Source: Thermoplasmatales archaeon (GTDB taxonomy: Archaea; Thermoplasmatota; E2; DHVEG-1). From it: a stretch of 64,000 nucleotides of DNA. Both the position numbers and the translations under genes were made by a program. Of the stretch, positions 38,230 through 46,421 are shown piece after piece; the stretch's first letter is position 1; each line of letters starts with the position of its first letter. The stretch is from positions 10,510 to 74,509 of the forward strand of contig DAOVGR010000014.1 in NCBI GenBank assembly GCA_030672305.1, read 5' to 3'. The notes beneath the pieces were generated by a model. It was given only the letters and a program-made list of their open reading frames with translations, had not been told where the DNA came from and ran no database searches.

Positions 38230-41124
38230 ATGTCAAAAAATCAAAAATCTAAAAATTATGCTGTTACAAAATTACACAAAATTTTAGATTATAATTCAAA
38301 AAAAGATATTCGTCCTGAAAATGAAAAATATCTTGGATCATTAAGTCAAAGATTAAAAGAAATTTCTGGGGAAGAAATTATTTTAAAGAGGAAAATAAAT
38401 AAAGAAATTCTAGAGGATGGTGCTGATACCTTAAAACCAAAAGTAATTGTACATGCAAGAGAGGTAAAGAAAGAGTCTGAACTCCCAGAAATAAAAATTG
38501 AAGAAAAGAAAAAGAGAGAATTTAGGGGCGAGGATATATTTGAAATCAAAAAAATTAAGATAAAAGAACCAAAATTTATTGAAGTTAAACCTAAAGCTTC
38601 TTCGAAAGAAGAGATTATAGAAATTGGAGATCTAAAAGCGGAGGAAGAGAAATTACTTGAATGGGATTCTATAGAGGTTCATAAAAAAGAGGAAAAATTA
38701 GAAGAACTTCCTGAATTAGAATCTATATCCCAAATAGAGATTAAAAAAACTGAACCAGAACCTTTTGAAAAAATAAAAGAAAAAAAAGAAGAAAAAAAGG
38801 AAATAGATGATAGCACTAATTTTTGTCCTGAATGTGGAACCAAGCTTGATAATTTAGTAGAGGTCTGCTCTAATTGTGGAAAAAAAATAAGAGATGAGGA
38901 AATACCATCATTTATTCCTGTTAAAAAAGTTGAGAAGGAACATATTCCTTCGGAATGGGAACCAATTGAAATTGAAAAACCAAAAGATGAAAAAATATCT
39001 TTTATTGAAAAAGAAGTAAAAATTACTGTTTTTAAAGATTTTAAAAGTATAGATGATGAAATAGCTGCTCTACTTTATAATAATGGAATTACTACAATTG
39101 ATTTATTAAATAAAGCCACTTTAAAGGAATTAACAAAAATTAAGGGCATTAAAAAAAAGGCTGCGAAACGGATTAAAAAAGAACTTAAAAAAATGAGTAA
39201 AAAACCGGAAAAGGAAAAACCAATCGAAATAGAAGTGTTTGAAAAAGAGGATTTTATCGAAGAGGAATTCCCAGTAGATAAAGAGATTGAAGAAGAATCA
39301 GAAGAGTGGTCTTCTAATGCGGAATTAACTTCAAAACCCTCTGTATGGGAACCCATTGAAGATGAATTTAAGGAAACAGAGGAAAAAGAAACTGTTATTT
39401 TTGAAGAATTTACTGCTGATAAGGAAATTGAAAAATCTCTAATAGATGAGGAGATTAAAGTAGAAGTTTTTAGAAATATAAAAAGTATAGATAGTAAAAC
39501 CGCAGTTCTACTTTTTGATAATGGATATTCCACTGTTGATGCCCTTATTGAAGCTCCAATAAAAGATTTAATAAAAATAGAAGGAATAAAAAGAAAAACA
39601 GTCAAAAAAATCAAAAAAGAACTTGATAAAACCGAATCAACACCAAGTATAATACCCTCTGAAGAGAAACAAGAAAAAACTAAAACTGATAATTTTCAAA
39701 AAATTAGAGAAGAATTAGATACAACAAAACAAGAATTTAAAACAATAACGAAAGAGTTAAACAAAAAAGAAAAAAACACTCAAAAACTACAAGAAGAATT
39801 AGATGACAAAATAAAGGACCTAGAATCCAAAAAAACTGAATTATACAACAGAGATGAAGAAATAAAACAATTACAAAATCAATCAGAACAAAGTAAACAA
39901 GAACTAGAAATAGGAAGCCAAGAATTAAATAAAAAACAGGAAGAAATAGATCAATTACAAAAAGGACTAGAAGATAAAACATTGGATTTAGAATCAAAAA
40001 CCAATGAAATTGATGACAGAGACAAAGAAATAAAACAATTACAAAACCAATTAGAGAAAAGATTACAAGAACTAGAAACAGGAAACTCTGAATTAAATAA
40101 AAAAGAAGAAGAAATTGAAAAAATAAAACAAGATTTACTTATAAAAACAGAAGAATTAGACGAAAAATATAAAACCATCACAGAACTGCAATCAGAACTA
40201 ACAGATAAACAAAAAGAATTAGAAAGAAAAGATAAAGAAATTAAAATCAAAGCTTTCAAAGATATGATAAGCATAGATGATGAAACAGCTATACTACTTT
40301 TTGACAATGGAATAACAACAATTGATGCACTTAAAACCACTCCCCAAAAAAGTCTAATAAAAATAAAAGGAATAAAAAGAAAAAAAGCTAACCATATTAA
40401 AAAAGAACTAGACGAAAAATCTAATAAAGAATCTTTTCAGGAGTTAGAACCAGAAATTGAAAAAAGACCTACAGAATATATCCCAGATAAAAAAGAAACT
40501 ACTAAAAAATTAAAGGCAGAAGAGGAAAGATCTGCTGAATATTCTGCTGATGAAAATGAAATTACTAAATATGAGGCTAGGGAAATTGATAAAAAAATAG
40601 CTGATGAATTCTCCCTTGTTGTTATAGATGATGATATTTTTGAAGATATTAAAAGCATAGATGAAAAAACCTCAAAGTTACTTAAAGAAAACGGAATCAC
40701 TACAATTGACGCACTTAAAGTCGCAACTGTAAAAGATTTGACAAAGATTAAGGGGATAAAAAGGAAAATTGCAAAACAAATAAAGAAGGAGATTATTAAT
40801 TCACCTGAAACAGACATAGATAAAAAAGTAGAGGCATCCTCTGAAGGAGAAGAAGAAATATCTGGAGATGAAGAGGAAACGGAATGGGAATATTATGATG
40901 AACATTTAATATCTCATTCAACATTGAAAGAATATAAAGGCTTTAGACAGGGGGATTATTCTCTGTATAAAAAAGAAATTGAAACAAAATCAGGCAAAAA
41001 AAGAGCTGTCAGATTTTTCAGCAAAGCTGAGCCTGATGATGCAGAACCTATTGACCTGCCAAATGGATACGAAGTAAAGAAAAATAAAAAGACTGGTCTT
41101 CCTTATTTAAGAAAGAAAAAGTAG
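38230..41124 (+). CDS. Large Glu/Lys-rich protein with zinc ribbon, four HhH modules, coiled coil and a small C-terminal domain
   Basis: CPECG...CSNCG; four F..(I/F)KSID...L..NG..T.D.L...L.KI.GIK.K.A..IK.E repeats; C-terminus KTGLPYLRKKK. Confidence 0.8.
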   Translation: MSKNQKSKNYAVTKLHKILDYNSKKDIRPENEKYLGSLSQRLKEISGEEIILKRKINKEILEDGADTLKPKVIVHAREVKKESELPEIKIEEKKKREFRGEDIFEIKKIKIKEPKFIEVKPKASSKEEIIEIGDLKAEEEKLLEWDSIEVHKKEEKLEELPELESISQIEIKKTEPEPFEKIKEKKEEKKEIDDSTNFCPECGTKLDNLVEVCSNCGKKIRDEEIPSFIPVKKVEKEHIPSEWEPIEIEKPKDEKISFIEKEVKITVFKDFKSIDDEIAALLYNNGITTIDLLNKATLKELTKIKGIKKKAAKRIKKELKKMSKKPEKEKPIEIEVFEKEDFIEEEFPVDKEIEEESEEWSSNAELTSKPSVWEPIEDEFKETEEKETVIFEEFTADKEIEKSLIDEEIKVEVFRNIKSIDSKTAVLLFDNGYSTVDALIEAPIKDLIKIEGIKRKTVKKIKKELDKTESTPSIIPSEEKQEKTKTDNFQKIREELDTTKQEFKTITKELNKKEKNTQKLQEELDDKIKDLESKKTELYNRDEEIKQLQNQSEQSKQELEIGSQELNKKQEEIDQLQKGLEDKTLDLESKTNEIDDRDKEIKQLQNQLEKRLQELETGNSELNKKEEEIEKIKQDLLIKTEELDEKYKTITELQSELTDKQKELERKDKEIKIKAFKDMISIDDETAILLFDNGITTIDALKTTPQKSLIKIKGIKRKKANHIKKELDEKSNKESFQELEPEIEKRPTEYIPDKKETTKKLKAEEERSAEYSADENEITKYEAREIDKKIADEFSLVVIDDDIFEDIKSIDEKTSKLLKENGITTIDALKVATVKDLTKIKGIKRKIAKQIKKEIINSPETDIDKKVEASSEGEEEISGDEEETEWEYYDEHLISHSTLKEYKGFRQGDYSLYKKEIETKSGKKRAVRFFSKAEPDDAEPIDLPNGYEVKKNKKTGLPYLRKKK
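39754..40140 (+). repeat. Degenerate 168-bp (56-aa) tandem repeat encoding the coiled coil
   Basis: ELNKK starts at 39754, 39922 and 40090; GAAATAAAACAATTACAAAA recurs 168 nt apart. Confidence 0.8.
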
Positions 41125-41178
41125 TTTTTACCAAGATTTATAAAAGATTTTTATATCCTACTTATTTGTGCGAATAAA

Positions 41179-42648
41179 ATGAGTTGGAATGGACCATTGA
41201 ATAAAATTGATAATTATAGATTTGAGATTCCTTCTAGTTATAGAGGTGAACGAAATAACTTGGAGATGAAGACGTCTGCAGTAATTTATGCTGACGATAA
41301 AATGGTCCGCAATATTAGGGGTGATAATGCCCTTGAACAAGCTGCAAATGTCGCAACTCTTCCAGGAATTGTTGGGAAATCTTTAGCAATGCCAGATATT
41401 CATTGGGGTTATGGTTTTCCCATAGGGGGTGTTGCTGCAACCGATGCTGATGAAGGTGTTATTTCGCCTGGCGGAGTTGGTTTTGATATTAACTGTGGTG
41501 TTAGACTTGTCAGGACAAATTTGCATATAAATGACCTAACTGAAGATAAAATCAAGAGTTTGGTTGATGAGATGTTCAAGAACGTCCCCTCGGGTCTTGG
41601 TTCAAAGGCCAAAATTAGATTTAGTAAAAACGAACTTAATGATGTATTAAGATTAGGGGCTAAATCTCCTGTAGAAAAAGGTTATGGATGGGAAGAAGAT
41701 ATTAAGTTCTTAGAGGAGAATGGCTGCCTGGATTATGCGGATACCTCGCATGTATCAGAAAAAGCAATTCAAAGAGGAATGTCTCAAGTTGGATCTCTAG
41801 GAGCCGGAAATCATTTTCTTGAAATACAAAAGGTAACAGAAATTTTTAATCCTGATGCCGCAAAAGTTTATGGGATAAACAATATTGGACAAATAACAAT
41901 AATGATTCATACTGGTTCTAGAGGTTTTGGCCATCAGGTATGTACAGATCATCTTAGAGTTCTAGAACAAGCCGTTAGAAAGTACAATATCCGACTTCCT
42001 GACAGACAGCTAGCTTGTGCACCAGCAAAATCTATGGAAGGTCAATCATATTTGAAGGCAATGGCATGTGCAGCTAATTTTGCTTGGGCAAATAGACAAC
42101 TAATAGTTCATTGGATTAGGGAGTCCTTCGAAAGAGTTTTAAATAATAGTGCTGAAAATATGGATATGGGAATTGTATACGATGTATGCCACAATATCGG
42201 AAAACTTGAAGAACATGAAATAGAAGGCAAAAAGAGAATGGTTTATGTCCATCGAAAAGGAGCGACTAGAGCATTTGGACCAGGAAAATCAGAAATCCCT
42301 TCTAAATATCGTGAAATTGGACAACCTGTATTAATTCCAGGAGATATGGGAACAGAAAGTTATCTTCTTCGTGGTACAAAAGAATCAGAGGAAACATTTG
42401 GGTCCACTTGCCATGGTGCAGGACGTGTATTATCAAGGCATCAGGCACTTAAGAAATGGCGTGGTGAGTACATAGTACAAGAACTAAAAAACAGAGGTAT
42501 ATATGTTCACCCAGCAAGTTTTAAGGTTGCTGCTGAGGAAGCACCTGGCGCATATAAAGATATTAGAAATGTTGTTGATATAGCTCATGGGGCAGGTATA
42601 TCTAAAAAAGTAGTAAAATTCGTTCCCTTAGGAGTTGTAAAAGGATGA
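41179..42648 (+). CDS. rtcB: tRNA-splicing ligase RtcB
   Basis: MPDIHWGYGFPIGG, DINCG, GNHFLE, HRKGAT and CHGAGR motifs. Confidence 0.97.
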   Translation: MSWNGPLNKIDNYRFEIPSSYRGERNNLEMKTSAVIYADDKMVRNIRGDNALEQAANVATLPGIVGKSLAMPDIHWGYGFPIGGVAATDADEGVISPGGVGFDINCGVRLVRTNLHINDLTEDKIKSLVDEMFKNVPSGLGSKAKIRFSKNELNDVLRLGAKSPVEKGYGWEEDIKFLEENGCLDYADTSHVSEKAIQRGMSQVGSLGAGNHFLEIQKVTEIFNPDAAKVYGINNIGQITIMIHTGSRGFGHQVCTDHLRVLEQAVRKYNIRLPDRQLACAPAKSMEGQSYLKAMACAANFAWANRQLIVHWIRESFERVLNNSAENMDMGIVYDVCHNIGKLEEHEIEGKKRMVYVHRKGATRAFGPGKSEIPSKYREIGQPVLIPGDMGTESYLLRGTKESEETFGSTCHGAGRVLSRHQALKKWRGEYIVQELKNRGIYVHPASFKVAAEEAPGAYKDIRNVVDIAHGAGISKKVVKFVPLGVVKG

Positions 42649-42708
42649 TAAAAATTTTACCAATTAATTTTAAATGCTTGAATGTATATTTAGGTGCAGA
42701 AGATGGTG

Positions 42709-43470
42709 ATGCATTTGGAAGAAGTTGAGATATGTAATTTTGAAGACGTAGATCTTAAAGGGGCAACAGTAATTGCTGGCTTTCCCTCTATTGGATTAGT
42801 TAGTACTATTGCAGCAAATTACCTTATTGATGCCTTAAATTTAACACAAATTGGTTGTGTTACATCCCCTCAATTTCCAGCATTATCAGTTGTTCACACT
42901 GGAGAACCTCTATCACCAGTTAGAATATATGCCGGTGATCAGGGATATCAAAAGAAAATTGTAGTATTTGTATCTGAGTTTAAACCTAAACCTAATCTAA
43001 TTAATTCTATTTCTGAGACAATTATGACTTGGGCAAACGAAAAAGATTGCAAACTACTTATTTCTCCAGAGGGAATGGTTGTTGAAGGTAAATCTGGTGA
43101 GGGTGTAGAAGCAGTTGAGGCATATGCAATAGGATCAACTGAAAATGCCCGGTCAATGCTCCTTGAGAAAAAAATTGCACAGTTTAAAAATGGAATAATT
43201 GCTGGTGTTTCAGGTGTTTTGTTAAATATTGGAAAACAGCAGGATTTTAACGTAATTTCAATTCTAGCAGAAGCGCATCCTAACTATCCTGATGCTAAAG
43301 CGGCTGCCGCTGCAATAAATGTAATGGCGCTATTAATGGATATAGAAATTAATGTCACACCACTTTATGAGGAATCAGAACGTATTGAAAAACAACTTCA
43401 GAAGTTCCATAAACAGGCTAAACCAATGGTTTCTGCAGGCCAAGCACCACAACCAAGCATGTACGGATAA
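42709..43470 (+). CDS. PAC2-family proteasome assembly chaperone homolog (start uncertain within 42694-42715)
   Basis: GFPSIGLVSTIAANYL and PNYPDAKAA motifs; C-terminal MYG (HbYX-like). Confidence 0.87.
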   Translation: MHLEEVEICNFEDVDLKGATVIAGFPSIGLVSTIAANYLIDALNLTQIGCVTSPQFPALSVVHTGEPLSPVRIYAGDQGYQKKIVVFVSEFKPKPNLINSISETIMTWANEKDCKLLISPEGMVVEGKSGEGVEAVEAYAIGSTENARSMLLEKKIAQFKNGIIAGVSGVLLNIGKQQDFNVISILAEAHPNYPDAKAAAAAINVMALLMDIEINVTPLYEESERIEKQLQKFHKQAKPMVSAGQAPQPSMYG

Positions 43471-43538
43471 TTAAATTCTTTATTTTTCAATCTGATAAAG
43501 AACTTTTTAATAGCTTATGCTATTGCCGATGTTGAACT

Positions 43539-44288
43539 ATGGTAGAAATACCCAAGAGTCACCCTAGATATTTATCACTGAAAACAAGAGAAAAAATTAA
43601 GCAAGCAATGAAGAAGGGATTGGTACATGAGACAGGATTAATTGCCCATGGGCGCGGAGAGGCCTTTGATTATTTAATTGGTGAAAAAACAATACCTTCT
43701 GCTGAGGAAGCAGAAAAGGTAGCTGCTTCAACCTTGATTTGTGCAGAAAATCCAGTTATTTCTGTAAATGGAAACGTTGTTGCACTTACAGCAAAAGAAA
43801 TCATAGAACTTGCAGAAATAATCCCTGCAAAACTTGAAGTTAATCTTTTTCATAGATCAGAGAAAAGAATAGAAAACCTTATTTTGGAGCTAAAAAAACA
43901 GGGGGCAAAAAAGGTCTATGGAGCATCAGCTAATGCTCAGATTTCAAGTTTAGAACATAACAGGAGCCTTTGTGATAAGGAAGGTATTTATTCTGCAGAT
44001 GTTGTTCTTGTTCCTCTTGAAGATGGTGACAGATGTGAAGCTCTAAAAGCTATGGGCAAATCTGTAATAGCAATTGATCTAAATCCTCTATCAAGAACGG
44101 CAAGAACAGCAGATATTACAATTGTTGATAATGTGATAAGAGCAATTCCAAATATTAGTAAATGGGTTAAAAAACTAAAAAATGAAGATATTGAAACTTT
44201 GAATAATATGGTTAAGTCTTGGAATAATAATAAAATGTTAAGAGATGTTTCTTCTTTCATTTCAAAAAGACTAAATTCATTGTTTTAA
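43539..44288 (+). CDS. 4-phosphopantoate--beta-alanine ligase (PPS)
   Basis: IPKSHPRYLSL, AHGRGEAFDY, VPLEDGDR and IDLNPLSRT motifs. Confidence 0.94.
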   Translation: MVEIPKSHPRYLSLKTREKIKQAMKKGLVHETGLIAHGRGEAFDYLIGEKTIPSAEEAEKVAASTLICAENPVISVNGNVVALTAKEIIELAEIIPAKLEVNLFHRSEKRIENLILELKKQGAKKVYGASANAQISSLEHNRSLCDKEGIYSADVVLVPLEDGDRCEALKAMGKSVIAIDLNPLSRTARTADITIVDNVIRAIPNISKWVKKLKNEDIETLNNMVKSWNNNKMLRDVSSFISKRLNSLF

Positions 44289-44301
44289 TTATGGGTGGAT
44301 T

Positions 44302-45609
44302 ATGGAATCTTTAAGAACTCATTATTCAATTGATGTGACTAGTAAGGAATATGGAAAAACTATATCTGTTGCTGGTTGGGTAGAAGATATTAGAAATATT
44401 GGTTCTATTGCTTTTATTATTCTCCGCGACAGAAAAGGAACTCTTCAGATTACTATTCTGAAAAAAGAGGACATAAAGATTTTTGAGGAATTAGTTAATA
44501 TTTCTCGTGAGTCTGTAATTTCTGTTGAAGGTCTTTGTAAAAAAAGTGATAAGGCTAGAAATGGCTATGAGGTTATTCCTCATAAAGTGAATATTTTATC
44601 TACTGCTGAAACACCTTTACCATTAGGTGTTGTTGATAAAATAGAATCTGAACTTGAAACTCGTCTTGATAATCGGTTTATAGACCTCAGAAAACAGGAG
44701 ATTCAGGCAATTTTCAAGATTAGAAATGAGATTATTGCAGCGGTACATGAGTATTTAAAAAAAGAGAATTTCATTGAGGTTCATACTCCAAATATTATTG
44801 CTAGTTCCTCTGAAGGAGGAACCGATGTTTTCAAGCTTAAATATTTTGAAAAGGAAGCTTTTCTTGCACAATCTCCACAGTTATATAAACAGATGTTGAT
44901 GTCCACAGGTCTTGATAGAGTCTATGAAATTGCATGGTATTTTAGAGCTGAGGAGCATAATACCCGTAGACACCTGAATGAGTCAACAGCTGTAGATTTA
45001 GAAATGGCCTTTATCAAAGACGAAGAAGATGTAATGAAAATCCTTGAAAACCTTGTTTTTTCTATGTGGAAAAGAGCATGTGATTGTAAGGAAGAACTTG
45101 ATGTTTTAAAACAGAAAATTGAGGTACCAAAACTTCCCTTTAAAAGAGTAAAATATGATGAGGTTATTGATAAACTAAATAATAATGATTGTGACCTTAA
45201 ATGGGGAGCTGATCTTGGATCTGAGGAAGAGAAACTCTTAGGAAAAATTATGAAAAAGGAGGGGCATGAATTCTATTTTATCACGAAATATCCAATAGAG
45301 GCTAAACCCTTCTATACAATGCCTCAAGAAAGTAAATATTCCCGGGGTTTTGATCTAGAATGTAAAGGTGTAGAGATTGCATCAGGTAGTCAACGTATCC
45401 ATGATGTTGAACTATTAACAGATAGAATTAAAGCATGTAACCTTAATCCAAATGATTTCAAATCATATCTTAAAGCTTTCAGATTTGGTATGCCTCCGCA
45501 TGGTGGTTTTGGATTTGGAATAGAGCGATTTTTGATGAATCTACTCGATATCAGAAATATTAGAGAATGTATTTTATTTCCAAGAGATAGAACAAGACTT
45601 ACACCGTAA
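44302..45609 (+). CDS. aspS: Aspartyl-tRNA synthetase (archaeal type)
   Basis: LAQSPQLYKQ, FRAE and GMPPHGGFGFGIER motifs. Confidence 0.96.
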   Translation: MESLRTHYSIDVTSKEYGKTISVAGWVEDIRNIGSIAFIILRDRKGTLQITILKKEDIKIFEELVNISRESVISVEGLCKKSDKARNGYEVIPHKVNILSTAETPLPLGVVDKIESELETRLDNRFIDLRKQEIQAIFKIRNEIIAAVHEYLKKENFIEVHTPNIIASSSEGGTDVFKLKYFEKEAFLAQSPQLYKQMLMSTGLDRVYEIAWYFRAEEHNTRRHLNESTAVDLEMAFIKDEEDVMKILENLVFSMWKRACDCKEELDVLKQKIEVPKLPFKRVKYDEVIDKLNNNDCDLKWGADLGSEEEKLLGKIMKKEGHEFYFITKYPIEAKPFYTMPQESKYSRGFDLECKGVEIASGSQRIHDVELLTDRIKACNLNPNDFKSYLKAFRFGMPPHGGFGFGIERFLMNLLDIRNIRECILFPRDRTRLTP

Positions 45610-45680
45610 ATGTTATAAGTTAAAATTAGTTGGCGTCTAGATAGTATAGAATATCAATAAAAAATACAAGGTGAGGGAAA

Positions 45681-46277
45681 ATGAGAAGTATAAATGAAGC
45701 AAAGGCTTTTGGAGGAATTGGAGCACTTTTAATGCTAATTGGAACATTTACTAATGGAGGTCCTATTCTCTGGATTTTAGGTCTTGTGTTTATATTCATT
45801 GCTGTTAAAGCAATTTCAAAAATAACTAAGGATGAAGACGTTTATAGTAATTATCTAATGTATTTCATATTCAGTATTCTTGCTATTATTGCAATAGTAA
45901 TCATATTGGGTATTGCTTTTGGAGTTGCAGGTGGATTTTCATGGGTTAATGAAGTATCAAAACTACAACCAAACGATATTACTGATCTTAATATGTTTTG
46001 GGACTTATTTGGTGATATGATAGTTGGTGCTATTGTAGCATTAGTTGTTGGTTGGGTCTTAGTAATAATATCTGCTTTATATTTAAGAAAATGTTATAAT
46101 AGTATAGCTGAACATACAAAAGTAGATTTATTTAAAACAACAGGAAAATGGTATTTCCTTGGAGCAATTACTTCCATAATTTTAATTGGAATTATCATTT
46201 TATTTATTGCAAAATCAATGGAAATTGTAGCATTTTTCTCTTTGCCAGATAAGCTTTCAACCCCAAAAGAATCTTAG
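45681..46277 (+). CDS. DUF996 family membrane protein
   Basis: AKAFGGIGALL and LFKTTG...IVAFFSLP pattern; several TM helices. Confidence 0.8.
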   Translation: MRSINEAKAFGGIGALLMLIGTFTNGGPILWILGLVFIFIAVKAISKITKDEDVYSNYLMYFIFSILAIIAIVIILGIAFGVAGGFSWVNEVSKLQPNDITDLNMFWDLFGDMIVGAIVALVVGWVLVIISALYLRKCYNSIAEHTKVDLFKTTGKWYFLGAITSIILIGIIILFIAKSMEIVAFFSLPDKLSTPKES

Positions 46278-46421
46278 AAGAATCTTTATCTCATTTTTTT
46301 TTTATTTTTTTCTATACTTTCAATTATCCTAGCTTAATCTTATAAACAAAAGGTTTGAATACCATAAACTTATGAGGAAAAAGACAGATAAAAAGAACCT
46401 TGATAGTTTTGGGGGGCAGCT

